Assembly (NCBI GenBank): GCA_907165135.1
Contig: OU015568.1
Location: 15,201,208 to 15,265,207 of the forward strand
From: Oikopleura dioica
Lineage: Eukaryota; Animalia; Chordata
Length of the DNA: 64,000 nucleotides
Direction: 5' to 3'
In this document: piece by piece, positions 12,587 to 25,344 of the stretch
How positions within the stretch are numbered: the stretch's first letter is position 1
Layout: the number at the start of each line of letters is the position of its first letter
Program-made: the position numbers and the translations under genes
The notes under the pieces: generated by a model
Databases searched by the model: none
Told to the model about the DNA's origin: nothing
The model's input: the letters and a program-made list of their open reading frames with translations, nothing else

Positions 12587-15500
12587 ATGGCCGATGATTT
12601 TAAGAGCATTCCAGATGACCAACAGACAAACGATGATCAAGGTAAAATCATTACTTATTTTAGTAATAAATAGAAGCTTTTATAAGGGCCGATTATTCCT
12701 TACAACTACACGGAAATCCGACGCCAGAAAACAAAGAGAATCGCCCGATCTTTACGGACAATTCTTGTTATAACAAACATCGTCTTCTGGTTTGCTGGAT
12801 GTGGAATGCTCGGAGTTTCTATTTGGCTTCGATTTTCAAATGATTTTGTGCAACTTTTATCCAACTTCAACACGCTGAATATCATTCTTTTGGCGATGTT
12901 GGCGGTTGGTGTTTTGTTCTTGGTTATTGCTCTGATTGGAACTTGTGGTGCTAATATGAAGAATAAGATTTTACTCATAGGAAGGGATTTTTAATTTTGT
13001 AAAAAGTAAACTCATAAATTTTTAATTATGGTGAACGATCTCTAAATACCCAGGGAACACCGAGGGAACCAAATTTGGCTCTTCTCAGCGGGATATCAGC
13101 AGGATACCGGATGCACTCTTATCGAAGTTCTCGATCTACCTTGACTTTTCTTATCTTATGTAAAATCTCGCAAAGCCTATCTCTGCGCAACTTCAACCGC
13201 AGCCATGGTGGAAGTCATCGTTGTTCTAGTCTGGGCAAGTTTTCGCGAGAGTTTCAAAGACCACTTTGCCGACTGGTACGAATCTGTCTTTCATCTTTTC
13301 GGTACGGAAAGTGAAGCTAATAATCGTGATATCGTCGAGTCATTTCAAATTTACTTGAAATGCTGTGGATTGAACTCAAAAGAAGATTTCATGAACCTTG
13401 GCTTTGCTGTTCCAGCGAGTTGTTCCTGGAAGTCAAAGAATGAAGTGGGCGTAATTATAACGACCGACTTTGAGCAAGGATGCATCGAAGCTCTTTCTGA
13501 TCTGATTGGAGAATATCAAAATGTTCCGTACTACGTTCTTCCTTCTTTATGCGGATTACAGCTTATTGGAATTATTTCTGGAATAATCCTGCTTTTATTT
13601 TTGGTAAAACACGACGATTTAGCACAAGAAGATTCCGAACTCGACTCGGAGCTTGATGACCATGATAGAAATGCTCCCATTGAGCTCCCTAAACCAAAAC
13701 TTTACAGGATTCTAAAACGCTCAATCGACACATTCGGACTTGACATGGAATACGACGAAGAACGCAGAGGTCACGTGGTTCGAGGAATCAATGAGAAATC
13801 AAACACGCACTACTCGGGATTAACACTTGGTTCGCGAGTCATCGAAATCGGCGGGGTTATCGCTCAAAATGTGTCTATCGGCGAAATAAAAAATCACATG
13901 AAAGCAATTGGCAACGAATTGAAAATCCTGGTTGTTGAAGAAGCGGCTGATATGGTTTACAAAGAATACAAAGTTGCTGTTAATCTCAGAAACGTCGCTG
14001 GTGTAACGGCTGAAGAAGTTGATTACTTCCCAAAATATTGCACGCTAAAGAAATCGGGCAATTTTGGTCTTGGATTTCATTTGCTTTATTTGGAAGATCG
14101 AAAAGGCATTTTGATCCAAGAAGTTGCGCCACGTGGAGCAGCCGCCAAAGCCGGGCTCAAGATAGGCGATCGTATCGTAGAAGTCAACCATGAAAATATT
14201 GAGACTCTCAAGCCATCAGAAGTCATTAGCAAGATTCGGGACTCCGGAGACGAAGTCGCCCTCGTTTTAGTCGATCCAAGAACAGATGGCTACTTCCGAA
14301 AAAAGGCCGTTACAGTGACAGCTAGTCTGGCGGAAAACTATTTTGATGGAAGACCAGGGATAACCAAGCAGCGGCGAAAAAATACGGAAGCAGCCCAAAT
14401 CCGACCAAGGTACTGCAGATTGACAAAGGTGCCACAGGAAGATTACGGTCTCTACGTTGTTATTGATAACAACCGAATTGGCCAAGTCATTCGATGGGTG
14501 GATCCTGGAGGACCAGCTGATCGAGCAGGTCTGAGAATCGGTGACAGAATTATTGAAATCAACGGTCTCAATGTGGAGTACGAAACTCACAAGCGTCTTC
14601 TCGCCACAATCAAGGCCGGAAGAAATCTTGCCCATTTCATTGTCGTCGATGAAGATTACGACAAAAAATTCACAAGGAACAAACCAAGACTTATTCGAGT
14701 CACACGAGGTCAAGCGAACGGATTTGAAGGACTTGGGTTCAAAATAAGATTGGACGAAGAAAAGGATGGGCATTATATCGACCAAGTGTTTCCGAATGGA
14801 CCAGCAAGCGAGGCCAATCTGCAAGTTGGTGACCGTATCATTCAGTTGAATGGTCACACCACTGAAGGTATTGAATTCGAAGAAATCTATCAACGACTTG
14901 AGAATTTTTCATCATCGCAGTGTATTATGCTGGTCACTGATACTACGGCGAACGCGCATTACAAGTCTATTGTTGAGTTTAAAACTCAAGGAATTGAAGA
15001 GAACGACTGGGACTCCCAGTCGATCCCTGATCAGCCACTCTTCTTGCCGACTGATTTTGAGTCGTCTGATACCGAAACTGACTACACTGATGAAGATCAA
15101 AGTACTGTCCATGGTGGTGACACCTACTCCCTTTCAAATGCAGACACTCAAAGTTACTTGTCTGATAGTACTATCGCCAGCTCTAGAAGAATCGCACAAA
15201 AGCTAGGGGCTCCAAGAGTTTGCCACATTCAAAAGAGTGATTATGAAGAGCTCGGATTCTTCTTGGCCATTGACCGTGATCGAGATGGAAACATTATCCG
15301 ACGAATCGAGCGAAACGGTCCAGCTGACCGAGCTGGTCTTCGCGATGGAGACAGAATTCTCAAGATTGATGGAATAAATGCCGAAAAATGGTCCCACGAA
15401 AAGGTTGTCGAAACAATTGTCAGCGCGAGGAATGACTTTACTCTGACTGTAATCGATGAGCGATCTGATGATGCCAGACTAAAGAACCGTCCTTACATCT

Positions 15501-17623
15501 TCAAAATCATGAAGGGCAAGGGAGGTTATGGTTTCTGCATGTGGCACGATACTGATGGCCATTTTGTTGAAAGCGTTACTGCCAAATCGCCTGCTGACAA
15601 AGCTGGTCTGAGAACTGGCGATCGAATTATTGAAATCAACTCTGTCAACATCGAAAAAGAAAACGTAGAAGACGTCTTTTATCGAATCAAAGCCTGTCAT
15701 AATATGGTAACACTTCTCGCCGTGGACTCAAAGACGTTTGGTCTGATGAAGAAGAACAGGATTTCGCTCGACAAAATGAAAGCAGAACTCGGTTTTTCCG
15801 GATACAAGGACTGGGTCGGGCTCCGAAACAAGCGCCAAGCAGTTGACAAAGATGGCAAAAAGGTCAATGTTGTTTACAAAAAGCCGAAATTTACGTTGTC
15901 AAAAATGAGAAAATTGGCGATGAAAGTTGGGGCTTCCACATTGCGAATCAGTTCTCTTTCATGGGTAACGAAGATGAAGAGGGTGACAAGAGCAACGGAC
16001 ATGTTGTTCATTGGGTTGAAAAGGGAGGACCTGCTGATTATGCTGGCTTGAGAGATGGCGACAAAGTTCTTCAAATTAACGATACAGAAGTCGGCTCCCT
16101 TCCATACGAAGAAATGATGGAGATTTTCAAAAAGGTTGAAGGAGACGAACTCAAGCTTGAAATCGAGTACGAAGATATGGCAGACGAAGAGCAAGCACGC
16201 GACGTAGAGATCGTAAAAACAGATGCGGAAGAGCTCGGTTTCGTCCTTTGGTTCGATGAGAACGGACATTACATCGAAGACGTCACCATTGGCAGTCCTG
16301 CTTATAAAGCTGGTCTCAGAGGAGGTGACCGGCTGCTGGAAGTTAGCCATCATAATGTAGAGTTGGATGATCACGAGGCTGTTGTACAGCTCGTGAAAGA
16401 ATCTGGAAATATGGTCAGCCTCAACGTTCAGTCAGTCAAATCAAAAACGGCTGGTACAGGAAAGGTTTAAAACGCTCCGGAATTAATCTGAATTTCTACA
16501 AGAGTATTACAGTAAAAAATTTTATTGCATCTTAAAACCTTCCAAAGCTACTGTTGAGCGAATGGTTCACGTTCAAAAAGAAAACGGGTCTTTCGGCTTC
16601 AGTATCAATCACGACGAAATCAACGAAGGATATTACATCAAAATGATTGCTGAGGATGGCGCGGCTGCTAAAGAAGGCATCAACGTCGGAGATAGAGTTC
16701 TCGAAATCGACCGGGATCCCATCAATGAGCTTTCATTTGACGATGTCGTCGCAAAGATCAAGGGAGCAGAAGTGTTGACACTTACAATCTTGTCCCAGCA
16801 TAGAACTGATAAGACAACAGCGAGGCCAAAGGCGAAGGATGGCGATGCTAAAGATAAAGGTAAGAAAAATCTTTGATGACGATTTAACGGTGTACTGTAG
16901 TTGACAACAACATCATCAAAACTCTCATGGGCGAGGAGAAGATCGACTACGTCGTCAAGCCTCGATTCCTCCAGCAGAAGCGCGATGAAAAGCGCGGTAG
17001 TGACTTCAGAAAGAAGACGAAGATCAACGAAGATCTCAAGAAAGAATTGACCCCAGAAGAGATCGCCGAAAAGAAAGCGAAGAAAAAGAAATCTGTAAAG
17101 AAGGGGGTTGCTTTTGGAGGAACTGAAGTTGCTATTATCGGTAATTTTAGCTTTACCATTGACATCTTTTAATTGCTAATTCAAGGTGATGATGGAGGAG
17201 TGGAGAAACCAAAGACTGGTCTTCTCAAGCATAAAAAGAATAAAACTGCCCCTGAATCCGCAGAAATGAAAGCCAGGAAGCGTGAGCGAACTATGGCCGA
17301 CATGACCAAAGGTAACGGCTGATGAGAAGTCTTCATTGACCATGTTTTTTTCTAGCAATGCGAAAACGTACTCTTGAATCGCGAGAACGCGTGATTGAAA
17401 AGCAAGATGCGAAGGCTGAGCGTTCGGCAGAGAAGAAGTCGAAGCGCTCTGGCAAGAGTTCACGATCTTCGAGAGCTAAAGAAGGCGATTCCGAAAAGTG
17501 GGATTGGGAAGATGAAACTGCTGCTGCCATGAATTCCATCCCAGAAGGTTTGCTATTCCTTTTGCCTTAGAAATAACTGTATGTTTAGACGTCAATTCGG
17601 AAAATGCCTACATGGAGATGTAA
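12587..17623 (+). CDS. Tetraspanin fused to about 9 NHERF/PDZK1-type PDZ domains and a Lys/Glu-rich tail
   Basis: TM1 (ILVITNIVFWFAGCGMLGVSIW), TM2 (AVGVLFLVIALIGTCGA), TM3 (YLCATSTAAMVEVIVVLVW), EC2 with CCG...PASC...GC, and TM4, followed by repeated GF/GL...(GP)ADRAGLRxGDRIIEIN PDZ motifs. Exons start at 12587, 12687, 13176, ~16548, ~16901, ~17187, ~17357 and 17589. A frame break near 15885 is unresolved. Confidence 0.9.
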
Positions 17624-18849
17624 AACTAACAAAATTAAAAAATGTGCCCAAAAATGCTTTGCCAGTTTCAACGGTAGTACAAATGCACCAACAAAATGCT
17701 TCTTCTTCAGCGACTCAACAATTATACAAACTTCTGTTCAATACTTTCCATTATTCTTTAAAAATAACACTGATATAAGATGAATAAATGCAATACTAAT
17801 AAATAAATATAAATCCCTCCTCGTTATTTTATGGGAATAATCTTTTGCTTAGTCATCTGGTCGTCAAATAATGAAGACCAAAATGAATGCCCAAAATAAA
17901 AAGCAATTACTGAAAAGCCTTTTTAGAAATAGAAAATAGAGAAGATAAATGCCGTTCTATGGAATTTTGCTTCACTCGCGTAAGTTCGGCGGCGGAGATT
18001 CTAGATATGCGTGGGCTAGAGAGATCACCTGAATTGCAGGTTCTAACCCAATCAGTCCGATTGAAGACTAAGAGAGCTGATAATTTTTCGGCTAAATTGC
18101 CAGTGAGAGAGCTGGACTTTTAATAATTGATTAAAAATTAACAGGTATTGAAATGCTCAATTAAACATAAGGATAAACTCAATAAGAGTTCTAGTGAACT
18201 ACTATATGAGTGTGTTTCCTCAGAAAAATGCTCATCATTCGTTAGGATACTTTCGTAGGAGTGGCTTATCTAGTTAGATTATCATTTATGATGAAGAATA
18301 CGTTTTTTTGGTTACTCTTATGCATTCTTCTCCAAAAATGTTATTTTAACGGGATGGGCCACTCCTACGAAAGTCAAGTTGAGTCTGGTTCAAATTCTGA
18401 AAACTACTGATCGCGCGAGGCCAATTTTTAACCTACGCAGCGCATCCAAACTCGTCCAATCTTGCGCGCTGCTTCACCTTCCACAATATTCTCGTCAACT
18501 TCTCGTCGGATTTTCTTTTTCTATCGGACTTACAGTCAGTTACAGTACTAACGATGATTCTTGAGAGAGATTGTTTTTGAGAAGAAAAGCGCGGCTGCTT
18601 GAACGGAATTCGCGCCTCGAAATCGAGCCTTGAATTTTATGAGCTACTTGAGCGTTTTTGTTTGACACCGGCTCATTTTGAGATGTTTTTGATTGGATGT
18701 TAATTTGCAAGAGAAAAGTGATTTTATTTGGTCCTTTGACAGAAAAAACTCAATTATTTTTTCCACTTTTTTACTTTTGAAACCCATTTTATCCACCTTT
18801 TCGATGATCAAATTTGAAATTCATGAAATTTATCGACATCGTTTTAGAC

Positions 18850-21356
18850 ATGAAAGATGCATCTTCGAGCGGAAGTGCTGACGACGGAGCGATACTTGCA
18901 GATGGAAAGAAATTGGACGATTTGCGAAATGCGCTGGAAAGCGGAAAAGACCAGCAGCAAATTGATGCGATGAAAAAAGTCATCGGCTACATTGCAAAAG
19001 GTAAACTTAAATTTCCAGCGAAAGATATTTTTATTTATTTTTCAAGCAAAATTTAAATATTGATCCGCGCCTTCTCTTTTTGTATTGATCGCGTTTAGGC
19101 CGAAATGCGTCTGCCCTCTTTCCCAATATCGTCAAACTTGTCGCCTCCTCTCAGCCCGAACTCAAGAAGCTCGTCTATGTCTACCTCGAGCGCTATGCTG
19201 AGGAGCAGCAAGATCTTGCTCTTCTCAGTATTTCGACTTTTCAGCGAGGTCTCAAGGATCACAATCAGGTTAGAATCAACGCCAATGATCGAGTCCATTT
19301 ATTACTCTTTTCTAGTTGATTCGAGGCTGTGCCCTCCGAGTTATGTCATCGATTCGACTTCCCATCATTTCCCCCATCCTTCTCCAGGGAATATCCGAAG
19401 CATCAACGGACATGTCTCCTTACGTTCGAAAAACCGCGGCTCATGCGATCCCCAAGCTCGCCTCAATCGATCCAGCGACGCGGGAGCAACTGATCGAAAT
19501 CATCTCACGATTACTTGGTGATCGGGCGCCCTTGGTGGCCGGATCTGCTGTGCTAGCTTATCTCAGAGTGTGCCCAGATAGGGTCGATCTCTTGCACAAG
19601 AATTACCGCAAACTCTGCCAAATGCTCATCGATGTTGACGAATGGGGTCAACTCAGGTTCGCGAAAACCCGTAAATACGCGACAATAAAACAATGCCATT
19701 TAGGTTTCTCGAAGTACTCACTCGTTACGCGCGAACTCAGTTCACTGCGCCTAAAGCGGGCAAACTTGACTTCGACCATCAACTTCTTTTAACAGCCTGT
19801 CAGCCGTTGCTTCTGAGCAGAAACGCAGCGGTCGTTCTCAAAGTCGTCGCAACTTGCCAAGAGCTCGGAACTGACGAAGACATTGCAAAGACCATCGGCC
19901 CTCTGATGAATCTTGCGAGCGGTGATCGCCGAGAGACAAAGTTTCTAGCGCTTGAAGTCGTCTATCGACTGGCTTGTAGCTCTCCTCATCTGGTTTCTCC
20001 GTATCTCAAGAACTTTACGATCTTCTGGGCAGAGTCGGAGCAGATCGCGCTTTTGAAAATAAAGAGTAAGAAAAGTTTCTCGACTGAATATTTATTAACT
20101 CTATTCATCAATTAAGTCCTCACAAAACTCGCCGTTGGCTCCCCAGGCACCGCTCATCAAGTCAATCGCGAGCTGGAGACGATCTCATTTTGGGACAAAG
20201 AAAAACTTGCGACAGAAGCAGTCCGCTCGTTGGGCGAGATCGCTACCGTGCCTGAGTTAACTCAGACCACGCTCGTCAAGCTGATGACCTTAATCAACGA
20301 CAAGAGAGAAGTCGTCTCTGGGGAGGCCGTTGTGTCCATCCAAAAGTTAATTCAAATCAACCCGGAGCGAAACGAGCCCGTCATCAAAAAACTCGCCCGT
20401 CTTTATATAAGAGAAACTGTTGGAACCAGCAACGCCAAGTGTTCTATCCTCTGGCTCGTTGGTGAATACGCTCATTTCATCTCAAAGGTCGCTCCAGATG
20501 TTCTCCGCGTCGCCGCCAAAGCTTTCATCAAGGAAGTCGACGAGGTCAAAATGCACACGCTTACACTCGCTGCCAAGATGAGCGTCCAAAGTGAAATCCC
20601 AGAGCAAGTTGCGCTCGCCACGACTTATGTTTTCAACTTGGCCAGGTACGATCAGTCCTACGACTTGCGAGATAGAGCGCGCTTCCTCAAGAATCTCATC
20701 TTTGGCGAATTGGAGTTGTCCAAATTTTCGAAGGCGATTTTGACAGCTCCAAAGCCTGTTCCGACTAAAGTGGAGGTCGACGAGCGATTCCGTTGTGGAA
20801 CACTCTCTAGCAGCCTGGGAATCGAAGCGCGAATGTACTCAGCGTTACCAGACTTCGCTCTTGAAGCGTCACCCTCATCACTTCGAGAGCTTCCGAAGCC
20901 AATCAAGAAGGCCCCTGCCAAAACAACAGTTGCGAGAAAAGCGAGCAAATCAGTGAGCTCGAGTGAGTCTGAGAGCGAATCCGAAAGCGAGTCTGAATCC
21001 GAAGATTGTACGTCTGGACCAGATGCTGAGAGCCAATCTGAAAGTGAATCAGAGTCCGAAAGCGAATCGGAATCATCTGAAGGCGAACCAGAGTTGTCAG
21101 AAGAATCGGCGTTGGTAAAAACTGCGATCACGAATGCTGCAGAGGCTGTAGCTGCCGAGCGAGCTCCTTCCGAGTCCGGAGATCATGCTGTTGCAATCAT
21201 TGAAGACTCATCAGACCCAGAAGCGCCGCCTATCGCTGAAATTATCATTAATCCGGACAGACAAGCATCGAATGATTCCTCGCCCGAACCCAAGTCCACT
21301 GTATCGTCGTAGCGAAAAAGTTTCCACTGATACTTCATCTCTAGAACATATTCTAA
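18850..21356 (+). CDS. AP3B1: AP-3 complex beta subunit (trunk plus acidic hinge; no ear domain detected)
   Basis: [77 protein letters not shown] and an (SE)n hinge. It ends at 21312 unspliced, or at 21356 via intron 21301-21344. Confidence 0.95.
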
Positions 21357-22244
21357 GTCATTTGTTTCTTATCAAACTCATTTGTGCAATATTTACTACA
21401 GTGCATGTTTCTCCTACTTTTCTTTCCACTTATTATGTCTTCAACGTCGCCCTTTCTTCAGAAATTTAACTAAAATCAACCTTTTAGAGCCGGGATATGC
21501 GCGAAAAATGAGCGAATGTACTGCCTTCTGTTCTTGATACCGCTACTATTAGTTCCAAAGCCAGACAACGAGATTTTATCTTTTGAAATAGCTATTTTTC
21601 GATGTAAGTTTGATTATTATTGCAATTTGGAGAGCCTAGCAACGCTTGATCCTTTGGATCACGTGATAGAATTCGAGATTTTCTAGAACATGGGTTGGGA
21701 TGGGTGTTGTTTTCAAAATTTAGTCAGTTGCGAAAACAGCATCCAACAGGTAAGATGTCCGGATTTTCGTTCTTTTTACTCTATTTTTTCACGAAAAAGC
21801 TTGCTTGGGTTATTTATTAATTGTTTTTACAATAAGTCTCAAACTAAAGAAACTTCTAGCGCTGTGCCTATTATGCACATTCGTTGAGCTGCGCCCATGC
21901 TTCCTGTGCGCCCTCATCTTTCTGGCATTATTGAGCGGCTTTTGTATCAACAACCAGAAGGAATGTATTTTCTTGACCTAGTATTTGGATAAATTTTATT
22001 CAATAACCATTTTCGAAACTGTCTCTTTTTGTGATACAATCAGAAACTGCCATCAACTGCCGCGGGCTCACTTCGCCGTTCAAAACTTGTTCACTTGAGT
22101 TTTTGTTTTCGAGCGAAAGTGCCAGCCCCAGCGGTTTTCTCGATTTTCCTTGTAAATTGCTGTCCAGAGATCACCACTAGATGCCTTTAAAATGTCCCTG
22201 TTCAGAGAATAATCGTTGTTTTTATTTAGAAAAAGTCGAACAAC

Positions 22245-23282
22245 ATGGTTCACGCCGCTGATATCGGTAAGGCCTCCAAGGACTTTTTGAAGAAGGACTT
22301 CTTCAAGGGAAATGAGTTCAAGGTGACTCAGGTAATTTTTCAATCTTTTCTACCCTTCGTCAGCTGTATGTTTAGGGCTGCTGCAAGGGTACCAAGCAGA
22401 CCACCACCTTCAAGCTTGGTGATGCCGTCAACGCCACTCACAAGATCGAAGTTGGATCCGTAAGTTACAGTCTTTTTTCCTGGACTAAAACAGCTTTAGT
22501 GTACTTACACCAAGCTTCCAACGACGATCAACCTCGGCTCTACCACCGATGCTTCCACCGAGTGGACCATCAAGTCTGGCGCCACCAAGACCAAGTTGAC
22601 CCTCGGCACCAACTTAGCCTCTGCTTGCGATATCTCCAAGCTCTCCCTCAAGAAATCCTTTGAGTTCAACAAGTAAGCTCTTTTTCTCAGCCACAGATAC
22701 TAATTTATCATCTTCAGGGATATCTCCGGCATCCAGACCGCCTTGAAGTTGGAAACTTCCGCCAAGGGCACTGACTTTATCCAGCCAATCAACGTTGGCC
22801 TCGGCTTCGAAAAGAAGGGCTACCAGTTCGGTGTCACTGGAACTGTTCCCTCTATCACCGCTCCCGCCTTCAACGACGCCAAGTTCGCCGTTGCCTTCGC
22901 TGGCTGCCCCCACTTCCAGGTTAGAAGAAGCTTGAAAGACCTCGATTAAAAATGATCTCAGGTCTCTGGAACCACCACCAAGGGTACTGACTGGGCCCTG
23001 AACGCTCTCATCAAGCGAGACGGTCGAACTTACGCCGTTGATTTCGACACCACTTCCATGGCCGCCTCCATCGCTACTGAGGTAAATTCCTGAAGTAACC
23101 GACCGGTGCTAACTCCAATTTAGCTTCCCAACGGAAAGGTCAAGGTTGGCTGCGATGGCGTTCTTTCGTCCTACCAGAAGTTCCCAGTCTCCGAGACCGT
23201 CGCCGCCCGATTCGGTTCCTCTTTCAACCTCACCAACGGAAAGATCACCAACATCGGCATCGGTGTTGACTTCTCCCTCTAA
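22245..23282 (+). CDS. VDAC-like: VDAC/eukaryotic porin-like protein, copy 1 (multi-exon)
   Basis: N-terminal helix MVHAADIGKASKDFLKKDF resembles VDAC ADLGKSARDVF. It has an alternating beta-strand pattern, ends IGIGVDFSL* (beta-signal-like) and shows strong C-ending codon bias. Confidence 0.75.
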
Positions 23283-23573
23283 GAATTATTTATTATCGAA
23301 ATTAATATTAATTTATTAAATTGTCCCATTACATTCACTCTTTCCATCGAGTTCAATACAAGAATTTACATGTGCTTTCGTAGACAGTGAGAGGAGTCAG
23401 GTTATCATTCAAAATCCAGTACATTCCTCTTACTTTCAGACGTCGTACTCTAATCTATTCCTGTGACACAAATGCATGCTCTGAAAGAGGCGTGACCTTT
23501 CTGGATTATCGCCCCTTATAAGCCCATGCCCTGATGCTAACCTCCATACTATTCAGATTGAATATTTGAAAAC

Positions 23574-24609
23574 ATGGTCGTTGCATTCGCCGATGTTGCC
23601 AAGGCCCCCAAGGATCTTTTCAAGAAGGTAAGAGACTCAGAGATAATCATGCCTCTACTTCCCATGTTTAGCCCTTCAATGCTGGCAAGACCGATATTGA
23701 CATTAAATCGGGTATCTTCACCTTGAAGAACTCCGTTGCCGGCGACAAGCTCAAGAGCGAGCTTGAATTCAAAGCTGAAGATGCCCTCCTCGGACTTGGC
23801 AAGGGTTTCACTCTTCCTTTGACCAAGAAATACGACGGCAAGGTAAAGATAATTTATGACTTCGCCGATTTTTAAGGATTTTTTAGACTGTCAAGCTTGA
23901 GTTCAAGAAGGCCTTTGATAGCAATGGCAACAAGCTCAATGTGGACTTCAATACTAACATCGTCCCTGAGTCTGGTAAAGAGAACATTCTCTTTCTTTAA
24001 TTCAAAATATTTTAGCTGCCTACAGCCACACGCTCAAGACGAAGATCACTGGTGCCAACTTCGTCGCTGGTGTCGACCTCTCTGTCGACAACCCAGCCGG
24101 CGCTACCTTCCACGCTTGCACTGCATTGAAGAACAACACCATCGGTGTCTCTGGCTCCCTCTCCGACCCCACTGCGCTCAATTACATCTATAGCCCATGT
24201 GGAGGTCTTTTCTTCGAGACCAACTTGAAGAACCACACTCTTCACCTTTACAAGAAGGTATGCTTTGACACTCATTATCGTGCCAAATGATAATAATTAT
24301 TTAGAGCGGTGATACCGCTGTTGCCACCCGAGTCGGATTTGCCTGTGGTTCCGCTGACTCTTCTTTCGCCCTTGCCGTCAAGAAGTCCTTGGCTTCCGGC
24401 GCAGACCTCTCCATCAAGGCCGACCAGTCTGGTTCCATCGATGTCGCTCACGTTTCCGTAAGACCAAACAACGAAAATGTACCAACTTACTAACAAATTT
24501 CTTTCAGAACCTGAGCGATGGCGTTAAGATGACCCTTGGAGCGAACTTCAACTCGCTCAACCTCGCCGCTGCTCCCAAGTTCGGCGCTGGCTTCGAGTTC
24601 AACTTCTAA
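23574..24609 (+). CDS. VDAC-like: VDAC/eukaryotic porin-like protein, copy 2 (multi-exon)
   Basis: Starts MVVAFADVAKAPKDLFKK and ends LSDGVKMTLGANFNSLNLAAAPKFGAGFEFNF*, resembling the VDAC C-terminus (LRPGVKLTLSA...KLGLGLEFEA). Confidence 0.85.
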
Positions 24610-25344
24610 GTTGCCGTCTGTCCAACATGAAATACCCTTTGGGTTATTTTTGCGAGATTCGCTTAATGTTGGCACATTTACCTTCCGTTCTATTTCATGT
24701 TATTCCATAAACTACTGTTAATAAAACAAGTTAAAATTTGATGCTTTCCTTTATTTTCGATTATGAGAACATGAGATCTTATTCTTACCTACTACTAGCC
24801 ATTCACACCTGCAATCTGCAAAATTTCCCTCAAGTGCAACATCAACTCTATTTATTAAACCAAGCTCCAAATTCAACCAGTCTCTCGGACATCCTAAAAT
24901 CCTGTCAAACAGACTTGTTCTCAAATTCTGGCCAATAAACATAAGAAATTAGAGATTGAATATGTGTTGGACTACTTGCATTCATGATTCCGATTTCTGG
25001 GTCACGCAGGATTCCAAACATGCCTTTTCTGGCTGAGTATATTTATTTTGAGTCCAACCTTGCCGCCAGCAATCAACGGTTACGGTGTGTGGGAGGCCTG
25101 ATTTACTGTTTGAGCAAAAGGGATGGGGATTATTCTGCCTCCCGCTGTGATGGATGACTCCCACAGCTGACCTGAAATGTTAAAAAATCACCACAAAAGG
25201 CATCTCGCGGCGATAAAAATAGCGCCAAAGTGCGTCGTCACGCATTGTTGCCCCCTTGTTGTTTCATTCCGCCATCAGAAACACAAAAAGTCAATTCTCC
25301 GAATTTAGAAAAAACAAGAAAGGTAGCGATTGAAAGACTCGAGA

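Noticed and set aside
20958-21075. Hexamer-like repeats (GAGTCT/GAATCC/AGCGAA)
   Set aside because: They encode the Ser-Glu hinge of AP-3 beta and are not an independent repeat or CRISPR-like array.
24982-25164. Small - strand ORF with CW...CLESCV resembling a small Tim twin-CX3C protein
   Set aside because: The first CX3C motif is incomplete, and there is no convincing start or splice model.
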